A stretch of DNA of 64,000 nt from a virus, in the IMG/VR virus record IMGVR_UViG_3300027747_004722, positions 35,016 through 99,015 of that record; one strand, written 5' to 3'. Numbering within the stretch: the stretch's first letter is position 1; the number at the start of each line of letters is the position of its first letter. Shown here in pieces: positions 36,940-47,130 of this stretch. The notes under the pieces were generated by a model. It had not been told where the DNA came from. It saw nothing but the letters and a program-made list of their open reading frames with translations, and searched no databases. Both the position numbers and the translations under genes were made by a program.

Positions 36940-37764
36940 ATGCCAGCCCCCGACTCCAACATCATCAGCTTCATTCTTTCCGGGGGAGGATTCAACTCCA
37001 ACCCGCTTCTGTCCTTGGGCGGGGAGCCCTCCGCATACCCCGTGGTCGGCAACATCAACGGTCTATTCTCCGACATACCCGAGGCCGTCGCGAAGTCCGG
37101 ATCCACCGACTACAGGTGCGTATACATAGCCAACGCCGACGAGTCGTCCTTGCTAGTGGACGCATCGATATACCTTGATCTGCCCGATTACGGCGAATCG
37201 GACGTCATGGTCGGCTTGATCAGGAGTTCCGAGTCCCAGGTGGTGTCCGTCACGGGCCCTGTGTTCTTCGGGGCCGTGACTTTCTCGTTCGACGGAACCG
37301 AGTTCTCCGCCTTGTGGGGAGAATCGGCTGACGACTTCGCGACGAACCTTGTGTCCGGGTTTGACTCCATCGGGGTCGAGGGAGTTTCCGTGTCGGTCTC
37401 CTTCCTCGGAAACTCCCAAAAATTCAACATCGTTTTCGGCGGCGCGAACGAGAACAAGGCGCAGCACCTCCTGCAGGTCTCGGCAAACATGCTGGAGGGG
37501 GCTTCGACGCCGTCCGTCTCCGCGTCTAGGCAAACGGCCGGTCTTCCTATAAACTCCACCGCGTCGCAGATAGCGACCCCAGAGACCCCACCTGCGAGAG
37601 TTGAATTCATGAAAGCTTCATCCTCATCGAGGATTCTGGTGGGCACGCTGGCGCCCGGGGACAGCTTCCCGGTATGGCTGCGCAGGACGACGCCGAGGCT
37701 ATCGGCATCGAAGCAGGGCGCCAACTTCTTCCTGCGCGTCTCCGGCACGAAAGTCGAGGCTTGA
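36940..37764 (+). CDS. Putative virion structural protein
   Basis: LSGG..NSNP..SLGG, LFSDI, DYRCVY, L.PG...PVWLRR. Confidence 0.65.
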   Translation: MPAPDSNIISFILSGGGFNSNPLLSLGGEPSAYPVVGNINGLFSDIPEAVAKSGSTDYRCVYIANADESSLLVDASIYLDLPDYGESDVMVGLIRSSESQVVSVTGPVFFGAVTFSFDGTEFSALWGESADDFATNLVSGFDSIGVEGVSVSVSFLGNSQKFNIVFGGANENKAQHLLQVSANMLEGASTPSVSASRQTAGLPINSTASQIATPETPPARVEFMKASSSSRILVGTLAPGDSFPVWLRRTTPRLSASKQGANFFLRVSGTKVEA

Positions 37765-37766
37765 AC

Positions 37767-38315
37767 TTGAACTGCCCATTGACGGGCAAGCCCTGCCTGA
37801 AGCACAAGGCCTACACGGTCACGGAGAAGAAGGACGACTACGAGAATTCGTACGCCGTGTGCGAGGACTGCATGCACCTCAGGGGCGAGGCGCCCTCCGC
37901 GGGAGACCACGAACCGTGTCCTTCGTGCGGCTGCGTCATAGAGTCGATCGTGGGCACCTCTCGCGTCGGTTGCGCCAAGTGCTACGACCATTTCTCCGAG
38001 CCGCTGGCGTTCATCATCGAGGCGGTGCAGGGCGGGGCGAACAGGCATTCGGGAGGCGTTCCGGAGTCCTTCAAGAGGAGGTCGGCGGAGTCCGTCAACG
38101 CAGTGGCGTTCGCCTCCCAGGTTCTCGTGGAGATGAGGGCGGCATCGCGCGAGGAGAGGTACCAAGACGCCATGAAACTGGAGGCGACGCTTTCCAAGGT
38201 CAAGGCCATCATTTCTCGAGCCGACGAAAGGGGCGAGCTCGGCCCCGAAGAAAGAGCCGAGCTCGCGGATGTGGTCTATGAACACATGTACCCGGGATCA
38301 GGAGAGGGCGTCTAG
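37767..38315 (+). CDS. mcsA: McsA-like protein (Zn fingers plus UVR domain)
   Basis: CEDC, CPSCG, RVGCAKCYDHF, H.G..P, A.REERY.DA..L. Confidence 0.75.
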   Translation: MNCPLTGKPCLKHKAYTVTEKKDDYENSYAVCEDCMHLRGEAPSAGDHEPCPSCGCVIESIVGTSRVGCAKCYDHFSEPLAFIIEAVQGGANRHSGGVPESFKRRSAESVNAVAFASQVLVEMRAASREERYQDAMKLEATLSKVKAIISRADERGELGPEERAELADVVYEHMYPGSGEGV

Positions 38316-39239
38316 CACTCGCCTCGGGTCTAGTATCCCGAATCCCTGGTAGAAGCCCTTGTCCTTGAGTTCCTCGTTCGTAACCGGGACTGCGTGCTCC
38401 TTGAACATCTGGATGTAGTCTTCGTTCGACTCCAGCCTCTTCGAGATTCCGTTGCTCCTCACGTAGGACAGGACGAGCGCGGCCACTCCCGTGGCGAAGG
38501 GGGCCGCCATGCTGGTCCCGCTCAGGACGGCGTACCAGTTGTCCGGCACCGTGGAGAATATCCTGCCCCCGGGAGCCATGAAGTCCAGGTTGTCGCCCGT
38601 GTTGCTGAAGCTTGACCTGGATAGGTTTTCGTCTATCGAGCCTATGGCTATCGTCTCAGGGTAGTTGGCCGGGTAGTAGACCTCTTTGGTGATCCCAGCG
38701 TTGCCGGCCGCCACGAAGCACACCACCTTCTTGGAAAGCGCGTACTGAACGGCCTTCCTGACTTCCTGCACCGGGTTGGGCGATCCGAGCGACATGCAGA
38801 TCATGTCCGCCCTGCCCTCGTCGACGGCCCACCTGATGCCCTTTGCCACGTCGACGAGGTTCCCGTTCCCGCTCTTGTTCAGCACCTTGACTGGTATGAT
38901 CTTAGACTCCGGGGCCACGCCAACCATTCCTATCTCGTTGTTCGACGCGGCTATGATCCCCGCGACATGGGTGCCGTGCTGGTTGTCGTCCCACGGCTCC
39001 TTGCCAGGGTTGACGAAGTTGAAGCCCTGGACGAGGTTCGGGGCCAAGTCTGGGTGGTCGAGGTCGACGCCGGTGTCGAGCACCGCGACCCTCACCCCCT
39101 CTCCCTTGCTTTTAGCCCAGACCGCCGGCAGGTCGAACGCGGTTATGCTCCATCCGTACTTCTGGAGGGAGTCCTGTATCGAGAAAACCTCCTCCCTCTC
39201 GAAAGGGAAGAGGCTGCACTTCTTGTTCCTCCTGCTCAT
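38298..39239 (-). CDS. Subtilisin-like S8 serine protease
   Basis: VLDTG, HGTHVAG, AAGN, GTSMA. Confidence 0.95.
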   Translation of the reverse strand: MSRRNKKCSLFPFEREEVFSIQDSLQKYGWSITAFDLPAVWAKSKGEGVRVAVLDTGVDLDHPDLAPNLVQGFNFVNPGKEPWDDNQHGTHVAGIIAASNNEIGMVGVAPESKIIPVKVLNKSGNGNLVDVAKGIRWAVDEGRADMICMSLGSPNPVQEVRKAVQYALSKKVVCFVAAGNAGITKEVYYPANYPETIAIGSIDENLSRSSFSNTGDNLDFMAPGGRIFSTVPDNWYAVLSGTSMAAPFATGVAALVLSYVRSNGISKRLESNEDYIQMFKEHAVPVTNEELKDKGFYQGFGILDPRRVLDALS

Positions 39240-39709
39240 CTTGGCCTCCTCGCCCTGCAGCACGAGTTCCGCGGAGGCAGCACGGCCAGAGCCCTGTCAA
39301 GGCTGGTCTCGGTGGCCTTCCAGCTTCCGTTGTTGTACTTGGAGACCATCCAGTCGATGGCGTTGGAGACCAGAACGTACACTATGTAGTGCTTGATCGG
39401 AGAAGCTATCGGCCTCATCCAGATCGGCATGGCCTCCCTTACCGTGTAGTCGTAGAGCCTGTCTATGGCATCTAGGACGGTGGCCTTCTTGTCGTGTCCC
39501 GGGATTGCGACTTCGCTCATAAGGACCACGAGGTCGTCCAGGGCCACCATCAGGAAGTTGGTCAGCCTAGAAAGCCCGACCTTTGGAACCCAGACGGACT
39601 TGCCCGCCCACTGCGAGGACCATAGTGCCTTGTAGAATTCTATCCTTTTCTCTACGGCTTCAACACGGTGAACCAGACCCACGGGGTCGGCGTAATCCCT
39701 GAACATCAC
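39236..39709 (-). CDS. Hypothetical protein
   Basis: AAGGAGG RBS; coupled to protease gene. Confidence 0.7.
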   Translation of the reverse strand: MMFRDYADPVGLVHRVEAVEKRIEFYKALWSSQWAGKSVWVPKVGLSRLTNFLMVALDDLVVLMSEVAIPGHDKKATVLDAIDRLYDYTVREAMPIWMRPIASPIKHYIVYVLVSNAIDWMVSKYNNGSWKATETSLDRALAVLPPRNSCCRARRPR

Positions 39710-39753
39710 AACCTCCTTGTTGCTTATCTATCAATATGTATGGATTCATGCGA

Positions 39754-39903
39754 TCAATTTTCGCTTGAGTCTTCCGGGGTGCCGTGGTTCAACACCTCCG
39801 CGACATGGCCGTTGTCCACTATCTCCCCCCAGTTCCAGGTGTTCGGGGGAAGGTCTCCCTCGTCGTACCTCACCTTGAGGATCAGGACTTGTTCTTTGGT
39901 CAT
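39754..39903 (-). CDS. Small hypothetical protein (not in ORF track)
   Basis: Manual translation MTKEQVLILKVRYDEGDLPPNTWNWGEIV...; GAGG RBS. Confidence 0.5.
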   Translation of the reverse strand: MTKEQVLILKVRYDEGDLPPNTWNWGEIVDNGHVAEVLNHGTPEDSSEN

Positions 39904-39914
39904 ATTTTGATGCC

Positions 39915-41165
39915 TCACACCAGATCAAGCATGTTGTAGTTTTTGATATGCTTGCCCATCGTTGTGCTCACCATGTATTGAACATCAGATTCCTTGAATC
40001 TAGCCATTTCCAATTCGTGCTTTAGTTCATCGTGAAATTCTTTGCTGTATTGGAGGTGGTACACTGCATCAACTATTCCATCAAGAATATGACTCGTGTC
40101 CTTACCCGAATCACTCATTCTTTGATACTGCCTTATCAGGTCTTTTAGGGCCAAAACATATCTTGGGTCGCCCTGTTCGCTCTTGGTGCCAAAGTATCTC
40201 TTCACGCCTTGAACATCTGCTCCTATATTCGAGGCGAGATTTCCGATTCCGGTGCCTATGGCACCTAGGATCGACTCGTTAACTTCAGATGATCTCACGG
40301 CCTGCTGGACCTCGCCAACCTCCGTCCAGCCGTCCCACCCCTTCTGGTCGTCGGTGCCGAGCATATCGTTGACGCTGTTCCACCAGGCCTGCTCGTCCTC
40401 GTTCATCTTCTTGTCCATCATCTTACCGCACTTCTTATCCCCTTTGCCCTTTTTGGCGAGGATGGCATCCTGGAGAGCCTTGGGGAGTTTCTTCTGGCCG
40501 GCGGTCAGCCCCTCATCTCCGTCCTTTTCGTCGTGCTTCTTTGTGCACACCGGGCAGTCGCAGTCGGGCTTGTGGTTCTTCGCGTGGTGCTTCTTGCCCT
40601 CGCTCATGTACTTGCCGCACTTCTTGCAGCCGCCGTCCATGTGCTTCTTCATTCCCTTCTCCATGCCCTTCTTCATCATCTCGAGTCCCTTCTTTACCTC
40701 GGTGAGGGCCACCTCGTCGTCGACCACCTCAAGCAGGTCTTCCAGGTCCGACATGACTTCCGACCACTCCTTCTTCGACTTCTTCTTCATGAAGGAGAAG
40801 TCCTTCTTCTCGTCCTTTTCTTCCTCATCGGACTCCTCTTCTTCGTCTTCGTCGTCGTCATCTTCCTCATCGGACTCCTCGTCGTCGTCTTCGTCGTCCG
40901 AATCCTCGTCGTCGTCTTCGGTCTTGGGGTTGTCGACGACCTCATCCTCTTCTTCGTCCTTCTCTTCGTCGTCGCCTTCCATCTTCTTCTTCATCTTCTT
41001 GGCTTCCTCGATGGCCTCCTCAGCTTGAGCCTCGATCGCAGCCTCGGTGCCGTTCAGTCCCGACTGGCTGACTATTCCGCCGACCGTGCCTTGGCTGCGG
41101 AGGCCGAGGTTGAATGCGCCGTAGAGGGACTCGTTGAGGAGCTTGTATTCCTTGTAAGAAAGCAT
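39915..41165 (-). CDS. Acidic low-complexity protein, possible prohead core or internal protein
   Basis: MLSYKEYKLLNE start, long D/E tract, GLTAGQKKLP.ALQ.AI motif. Confidence 0.7.
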   Translation of the reverse strand: MLSYKEYKLLNESLYGAFNLGLRSQGTVGGIVSQSGLNGTEAAIEAQAEEAIEEAKKMKKKMEGDDEEKDEEEDEVVDNPKTEDDDEDSDDEDDDEESDEEDDDDEDEEEESDEEEKDEKKDFSFMKKKSKKEWSEVMSDLEDLLEVVDDEVALTEVKKGLEMMKKGMEKGMKKHMDGGCKKCGKYMSEGKKHHAKNHKPDCDCPVCTKKHDEKDGDEGLTAGQKKLPKALQDAILAKKGKGDKKCGKMMDKKMNEDEQAWWNSVNDMLGTDDQKGWDGWTEVGEVQQAVRSSEVNESILGAIGTGIGNLASNIGADVQGVKRYFGTKSEQGDPRYVLALKDLIRQYQRMSDSGKDTSHILDGIVDAVYHLQYSKEFHDELKHELEMARFKESDVQYMVSTTMGKHIKNYNMLDLV

Positions 41166-41211
41166 GTTTTTTTACCGTCCTGTTTAGAAGGTGACCGTGT
41201 ATATATGCCGG

Positions 41212-41919
41212 ATGCTAAAATTTTGCCGTGTAAGATCGTCGTTCCTTTCCGTCTGCATGTGCCTTTTTTTGGCCACAATGCTTGCCCTTTCGATGAAGGC
41301 CGGCCCCAAGGCCACGCCGGAGACCGATCCAAAAACCGGTCCGGTGGTGGGGGTGGCCTTCAGGAACGCCAGCGCCGCGGGATTCGTCGACATCCAAGTC
41401 AGAGTCGACAGGACATTGGGAGGCGAGTTCAGGGCTTCCGCGATGGGACACGAGCAGGCGGCGGTAGCGTTCGATCCCGCCCGAATTTGGTTCTGGATAA
41501 GGTCGTACAACCCAAGGCGTTATTACCTTTGCAACTCCGAGGACGCCGACCGCGTTGGCTTGGCCCCCGCCCTTCGCCCGCTTTTCATGCGATGCGTGTG
41601 CGGAGCCGAATTCCTGTGGAGGGAACACCCGAGGGACGGAGAGATGAGCATGGAGGACGGCGAGTATTCGGTCGTCGTCGTATTCGAAGAAGGCTACCCG
41701 AGGCTCCAGCGGTACCTGCTGGACGGCCGCGAAGTCCTTTCGCTAGAGTTCATAGAGTACCAAAAATCGGCGGGGCTGCTGTTCCCTAGTATGATAAGGC
41801 TTGAGATGGAGGGGTCTTCGCCGTTGGACATTGACATGGGCGAGGTCGAGATCAACCCGCCTGACGCCCCAAAAACCGCTCCTCCCGAGGGCATCAGAAG
41901 ACATGTGCTTCAGCCCTGA
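41212..41919 (+). CDS. Membrane-anchored or secreted hypothetical protein
   Basis: N-terminal hydrophobic helix; ATG 6 nt after TATATA. Confidence 0.65.
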   Translation: MLKFCRVRSSFLSVCMCLFLATMLALSMKAGPKATPETDPKTGPVVGVAFRNASAAGFVDIQVRVDRTLGGEFRASAMGHEQAAVAFDPARIWFWIRSYNPRRYYLCNSEDADRVGLAPALRPLFMRCVCGAEFLWREHPRDGEMSMEDGEYSVVVVFEEGYPRLQRYLLDGREVLSLEFIEYQKSAGLLFPSMIRLEMEGSSPLDIDMGEVEINPPDAPKTAPPEGIRRHVLQP

Positions 41920-42161
41920 CGCTTCCTGTTGCGGAGGGATACGAGTATCCTCTTCCTCTTCTCTATGTCGTCCTTCCCGCCGAGGGCGTTCCTCTGTTGC
42001 GAGGTCGAGTTCTGCTGTAGCTTCTCCCTCGCGGCCTTAGCGAGGGCCTGTCGCTGGCTGGTCTGCGTCTGCACCTGCCTGGCGTTGACGGAGCCCGGAA
42101 CCGGCGGCCGTATTGCGTTGGACCTGACGTTGCTCTTTCTACCGCCGCATCCGCATCCCAT
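41910..42161 (-). CDS. Small basic protein (MGCGCGG)
   Basis: Coupled ORF. Confidence 0.65.
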   Translation of the reverse strand: MGCGCGGRKSNVRSNAIRPPVPGSVNARQVQTQTSQRQALAKAAREKLQQNSTSQQRNALGGKDDIEKRKRILVSLRNRKRQG

Positions 42162-42391
42162 CAGGAATTCACGTCCTTCTTCTCGATGTTCTGGATGTCG
42201 AGGTCGGCCGTGGCCTTGCTCGGGTTGAAGTACTTGTGGGGGTACTGGCCGTGGACGTACGCGTCGGGGTAGTTGGCGCTGAGTCCCGTCCTGCGGGTCT
42301 TCTCCTCCACGGTCTTCTTCGGCTCGGCCGAATCGGTGAACGTCGGAAGCTCCAGCTTCTCCTCTTTCGTCCAGTCAAGGAATGATTTCAT
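42161..42391 (-). CDS. Hypothetical protein (MKSFLDW N-terminus)
   Basis: GGAG RBS. Confidence 0.65.
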   Translation of the reverse strand: MKSFLDWTKEEKLELPTFTDSAEPKKTVEEKTRRTGLSANYPDAYVHGQYPHKYFNPSKATADLDIQNIEKKDVNS

Positions 42392-42489
42392 CTATGTCTC
42401 CAAAGTTTCGGGGTCCATCTATGTAGACTTCTCGCGTCGTTTTTTTTGCGCCGGGCATAGATATCGGATACTTGATCGGGGGTTTGCCA

Positions 42490-44832
42490 ATGCTGGATTT
42501 CAAGGAATGGATGTTGCTGGACGAGGTCAGAACGGGGGTCTACGAGTCCGTCCTGGCCGAGGCGGCTCTTTCGGAGGCCCTTGTCGCGACGCTTGACTTC
42601 TACAACAAGGCCGTCCGCCTGGTCCTGGAGGACTCCTCCGAGGATGACGAAAACGTCGAATTGGAAGACCCCTTCTCCGGCAGCGAGGACGCGTCTCCTA
42701 AGGCCGTGTACAGCCATGAAGAGGAGGAGCCTGCCGCCGCGGGACCGAAGCCCGCGGAACAGGAGAGCGAGTCCGAAAACGTCGCCGAAGCGAAGAAAAT
42801 ACAGAACTTGGCTCGCGCCGTCCGCTGGGGGGCGATGCTGGACAGGCTGGAGGCCGTAAACAGCCTCAGGAGCATCTACGAGAAGGAATGGCTACCGCTC
42901 ATGGGCCGCCGCCGAGAGGAGATAGCCAAGGAGTACGAGGCGGCGACCAAGTCCGCCTCGTCGGACGAGGACGCCAGAAGGCAGGTGGGCAAGAAATTCG
43001 GGATGTCGACCTACGAGGTCGGCAGGACGCTCGCGGGCATGCACAACGAATGGTCGGTGATCGAGGAGGCGGAGGACGATTTCGAACTTCCAGATTTCGA
43101 CGACGACGCCGGGTCGCCGCCAACCGGTGGCACCGGCGTCGCTGCCGGCGGAAAGACCTCCTTCGAGGACGACCTGAAGAGGGTGAGAAGAGCCGCTGAG
43201 CCCCTGCTCGTGAAACTGGGGTACCTGAGCGAGGGCGACCTCGACGAGAGCGACCTGTACGAGCGGCAGAAGCTTCTGGACAAAGCCCTGAAGGGGGCGT
43301 CTGAGGAGACGGGCAACGAACCGCCGAACAACGAGCTGACCAAGAAGCTCAAGGACGACCCGAAGGCCCGCTCGGCCGCGAGCAGGGAACTCCAGGAGGC
43401 AATACACCGAAAGTTTATGCGAACGGCGGAGGGATCATGGATGGCCAATTCCAAGCGCATGGGTAGCATGGGCAACGACTCCGCCGGGACCAAGGGCGGC
43501 AGGAGAGGCTCGATGTACTTCCAAGGCGCGGAAGACGTGCTGAACCAAGGCATCATGAGCATAATGCGATCCCTCACGGTCAGGAGACCTAACCAGGACA
43601 TGGTCGCCCCGCCTTGGGACGAAGACCTCACGGTTCTGACCGCCGACAGCGAGAAGAACCCCGGGGCGGTGCTGGGTACGGTGGGCGCAAGGATGTCCGT
43701 GCAGGCCGCGACAAGGGATGAAATCAGAGGAAGGAACAAGGCCGCCGGCCAGAAGACAAGCTCCGGGGGGACGCCGACATACCTTGGCGCGGGAGCCATG
43801 CAGGACGACGGGACGCAGGGCAGCATAGACCCCAGCGACTTCAGAGCTCAGGACTCACTGACCAACGCGGAAAGGGCGGAGACAAGAACCGACCTTTTCA
43901 CATCGTTCAGGGACGCCATGAAGGAACTCAAGGACAAAGATCCCCTGTGGGCTATGCTCGTTTGCCTCAAGCTCGACCTCAAATGCGCGCCTGACGGTTC
44001 GATGCCGGATCGCAAGGCACAAGAGATATTGAGAATCCAGGCGGCCCTGCCCTCCAGTCCTTCGGCTCAAACACCGGAGTTCTTCCTTTCGAGGCTAGGA
44101 CTCGCCGACATGAAACGCGGCGAGGCTGACAACGAGTTGACAAGACGGGTTCAGGCCGGAGGATACTGGGATCGCATGAAAGATCTCAAGGGAAGGACCG
44201 CCAGAAGGTCTTCCCCGTCCATGCCCGACGGAACTCCGATGAAGGACAGGCCGGCCGATAACGCGGCTTTGGCCAAGGAATGGGACAAGTTCAAGGCCAC
44301 CGTAAGGGACGCCGCCGGGGAGGCGTTCAAGTGGATCGCCAAGAGGATGTACGAACTCATCGCGGAGCGCAACCAAGACTTCGCCAGGCCGGTCGGCCAG
44401 AGGGCCCCGACCTCATGGGACATGGGCAGGTTCCTCAAGGCCCAGTTCAGGCCTCCTTTGGTCAAGATAACGGAATCCCGCCCGACCAGGGACGAACATG
44501 AGATAAAGCTCGAGTTCAAGGAAAGACAAAGGTCGCGAGGTCTTTCCGGGGAGACGGAGGACGCCTACGTGACCACCAAAGCGTGGGACATCCTCGTGAA
44601 GGGCAACGGCATCAGCATGATACAGGTTTTCCCTGAAGGATTCGAAGACAACGAGTTCGAATTCTCCATACCTTCCCCGAAGGCATGCAAGGTGTGCGGA
44701 GGCTCGGACGATAGCTGCGAGGCTTGCGGAGGCGACGGACTCGCGCTCGACGCGAGCGAGCTCCGAGACCTAGAGTACAAACTGAGGAACGTCCTCATAC
44801 GAGACCAGAGGAAGGTCGGCAAGCAGTCCTAG
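42490..44832 (+). CDS. Large hypothetical protein (MLDFKEW N-terminus, C-terminal CxxC pair)
   Basis: 780-aa ORF. Confidence 0.8.
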   Translation: MLDFKEWMLLDEVRTGVYESVLAEAALSEALVATLDFYNKAVRLVLEDSSEDDENVELEDPFSGSEDASPKAVYSHEEEEPAAAGPKPAEQESESENVAEAKKIQNLARAVRWGAMLDRLEAVNSLRSIYEKEWLPLMGRRREEIAKEYEAATKSASSDEDARRQVGKKFGMSTYEVGRTLAGMHNEWSVIEEAEDDFELPDFDDDAGSPPTGGTGVAAGGKTSFEDDLKRVRRAAEPLLVKLGYLSEGDLDESDLYERQKLLDKALKGASEETGNEPPNNELTKKLKDDPKARSAASRELQEAIHRKFMRTAEGSWMANSKRMGSMGNDSAGTKGGRRGSMYFQGAEDVLNQGIMSIMRSLTVRRPNQDMVAPPWDEDLTVLTADSEKNPGAVLGTVGARMSVQAATRDEIRGRNKAAGQKTSSGGTPTYLGAGAMQDDGTQGSIDPSDFRAQDSLTNAERAETRTDLFTSFRDAMKELKDKDPLWAMLVCLKLDLKCAPDGSMPDRKAQEILRIQAALPSSPSAQTPEFFLSRLGLADMKRGEADNELTRRVQAGGYWDRMKDLKGRTARRSSPSMPDGTPMKDRPADNAALAKEWDKFKATVRDAAGEAFKWIAKRMYELIAERNQDFARPVGQRAPTSWDMGRFLKAQFRPPLVKITESRPTRDEHEIKLEFKERQRSRGLSGETEDAYVTTKAWDILVKGNGISMIQVFPEGFEDNEFEFSIPSPKACKVCGGSDDSCEACGGDGLALDASELRDLEYKLRNVLIRDQRKVGKQS

Positions 44833-45167
44833 TCTGTCCTCTTGGACGCCCTTCTTATCCTCTCGTCCTTGTCTGCATCGGAAGCGGACATGTACTCGTC
44901 CGGCACCATGTGCGGGACGCGCTCCCAGTAGGCCCATTCTTCCTCGTTGTTCGGGCTCTGAAAGACTATGTTCTTCTTGAGATACTTGACGACGATCTCC
45001 TCGACGCGCTTTTGAGTGAGGCCGCTCTCCTTGGCGATCGCGGCCGTGCTTCTCCACTCGTACTTGGGGTGGCGCGCCAGGCTCTTGAAGAAACGAGCCT
45101 CCTGGTCGCCCTCCGGCGTTCCTTGGGGATAGACGTCCGTCCATTTCTTTGGTCGAATTTTCGACAT
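44829..45167 (-). CDS. Winged-HTH-like protein
   Basis: WRSTAAIAKESGLTQKRVEEIV. Confidence 0.65.
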   Translation of the reverse strand: MSKIRPKKWTDVYPQGTPEGDQEARFFKSLARHPKYEWRSTAAIAKESGLTQKRVEEIVVKYLKKNIVFQSPNNEEEWAYWERVPHMVPDEYMSASDADKDERIRRASKRTD

Positions 45168-45221
45168 ATTCGCGCCTAGATACTCACATATATCGTAGTC
45201 GGGAACAAAGAGGAATTCAAA

Positions 45222-45668
45222 ATGAAAAAGTCGAACAGGAAGACCAACAGACTGGAGCGGGCCGACCAGAAGCGCAGGGCGGTCGCCTACCATCAGGCCG
45301 GGACAGGCATGTACCTGTTCAAGAACCGAAGTTCGGTGGCCTCTCTGGAGCTTCCCAAGCCCTCCGCGGACGGCAAGAAATGGGTCGAACCCGGCCAGAC
45401 ATGGAAGGGGGACAGCTACTTCCTCTCCATGGTGCCGAGGGAGGCCGTATTGGTGGAGAGTTTGACCGAACAACATAAGGAGGAACCAAAGATGCAAGAA
45501 AAGCTCATCCTAGACCAGCCCGACCAGATCACTTCCTCGGGCAAGGTGGAGCACGCGGTTGATCAGAACGAACTTCCGATCAACGAGGTCGCCCCGCTAG
45601 AGTCCAAGGCCAAAGAGAGGCTCATCACCGAAGACCCCCTCGCCGGCGTCACCATCATAAGAGACTGA
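45222..45668 (+). CDS. Hypothetical protein
   Basis: GAGG RBS. Confidence 0.7.
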   Translation: MKKSNRKTNRLERADQKRRAVAYHQAGTGMYLFKNRSSVASLELPKPSADGKKWVEPGQTWKGDSYFLSMVPREAVLVESLTEQHKEEPKMQEKLILDQPDQITSSGKVEHAVDQNELPINEVAPLESKAKERLITEDPLAGVTIIRD

Positions 45669-45696
45669 AGCGCAGGCGCGCGGGAAGGAGGCCTTC

Positions 45697-46440
45697 ATGA
45701 AGGGAGTGGTGTTGGCTGGCGGGACGGGGAGCAGGATGAAGCCCGCCACTTTCGTGACCAACAAGCACCTGCTCCCCATCTACACCGATCAGGGCGCCAT
45801 ACCCATGATCTTCTACCCGATCAGCACGCTCGTCAGGAGTGGCATACGCGACATCCTGATAATATCCTCCCGCGAACATTCCGGGCCGATCATACAAAAC
45901 CTCGGGGACGGCTTCGCCTTCGGAGCGAGCTTCACATACAAGATACAGGACACCAAGAGGGTCGAGATGGGAATTGCTTCGGCCCTGAAGCTCGCCAAGG
46001 GATTCACCGGGGACGACCCGTTCGCCGTGATACTCGGCGACAACTTCTTCGAGGACTCGTTCAAGGAAGACATCCTGTCCTTCGGCCGCGACCAAGACAA
46101 AAAATCGAAGATATTCCTGAAGGGCGTGCCGGACCCGGAGCGATTCGGCGTGTACCACGAAGGCTCGATCGAGGAGAAGCCGGAATCCCCGAAGAGCAAC
46201 CTCGCCGTCACGGGACTCTACCTGTACAGGAGCGAGGTGTATGGACTCGCGGAGTCGCTCAAGCCTTCGCGACGAGGCGAACTGGAGATAACGGACATCA
46301 ACCAGCACTTCTGCTCGACAAATGAGATGTCTTCTAGGGAGATAGATGGATTTTGGAGCGACATGGGGACGCCCACGAGCGTCCTGAGGACGCAGGAATT
46401 CATCGGCAAGAGCGGACACCAGATAGAGGCGTCGCTCTAG
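45697..46440 (+). CDS. rfbA: Glucose-1-phosphate thymidylyltransferase-like
   Basis: LAGGTGSR, NKHLLPIY, ILGDN, EEKP, TGLY, RGELEITD, WSDMGT. Confidence 0.9.
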   Translation: MKGVVLAGGTGSRMKPATFVTNKHLLPIYTDQGAIPMIFYPISTLVRSGIRDILIISSREHSGPIIQNLGDGFAFGASFTYKIQDTKRVEMGIASALKLAKGFTGDDPFAVILGDNFFEDSFKEDILSFGRDQDKKSKIFLKGVPDPERFGVYHEGSIEEKPESPKSNLAVTGLYLYRSEVYGLAESLKPSRRGELEITDINQHFCSTNEMSSREIDGFWSDMGTPTSVLRTQEFIGKSGHQIEASL

Positions 46441-47000
46441 GTCCTACCGCACTTGCGGTCCTTCGGCAGATAGGACCCGACCATGTTGAGGAACTCCTCG
46501 GACGAGTCCTCCGACATCTTTATTCGGTAGTTGCCCCTCTCGAGGAACACCGAGGACTTCCAGTCCAGGCTTTCGAAGTACTGAACCACCGTCTCCGTGC
46601 CGTCCTTGCCCCATATGTTCGTGTTGATTACGACGTTCTTGCCCTTGCACTTGCCGGAATCTCCGAACCACACGGCGATGCTGCTGTCGTGCAGTAGGTT
46701 GAGGTCGTCGGGCCTCAGTCGCCTGTCGCCGCCCTCGTAGAACATGTCGTAGAACTCGTTGAATATAGGGTAGCAAACGGAGTGCCACCTGTTCGTCTTC
46801 TCTATGGTCATGGGGGACTGCGAGGCAAGGTCCCTCAGCTGGTCTGCCTTGTGCTTGAGCCAGGAGATGTCCTTGTCCCTCATCGATAGGTAGCAGTTCT
46901 TGCCCTTCTTGGGCTTGATGATCGAACTTCCTCCAAGAATGGTTCCTATTATGAGGAACCTCTGGGCGGTCGTTACCTTTGGGTTTATCATGTGTGTCAT
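46437..47000 (-). CDS. LAGLIDADG-family endonuclease-like protein with degenerate motifs
   Basis: IIGTILGGSS and IAVWFGDSG. Confidence 0.7.
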   Translation of the reverse strand: MTHMINPKVTTAQRFLIIGTILGGSSIIKPKKGKNCYLSMRDKDISWLKHKADQLRDLASQSPMTIEKTNRWHSVCYPIFNEFYDMFYEGGDRRLRPDDLNLLHDSSIAVWFGDSGKCKGKNVVINTNIWGKDGTETVVQYFESLDWKSSVFLERGNYRIKMSEDSSEEFLNMVGSYLPKDRKCGRT

Positions 47001-47033
47001 TGTTTTCCGAACCGCCTCCAAAACGGAACAGGA

Positions 47034-47130
47034 ACAAGCCCGAGGACGAAACCCAAGCCCAGGAGCTCCCGTGGGGTCGGATTTTCGTCCCCGGCGTCGC
47101 GAGGAAGGGGGTTCCCGCGATCGTCTTGTT
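47034..47130 (-). ncRNA. Candidate structured RNA or 5' leader
   Basis: AACAAG/CTTGTT closing stem enclosing two hairpins, starting 4 nt after TAGATA. Confidence 0.4.

Noticed and set aside
40780-41000. Repetitive TCGTC/TCTTC DNA
   Set aside because: Explained by the Asp/Glu tract of the 39915-41165 protein
47043-47053. GAGGACGAAAC resembling a hammerhead ribozyme core
   Set aside because: No CTGANGA partner nearby
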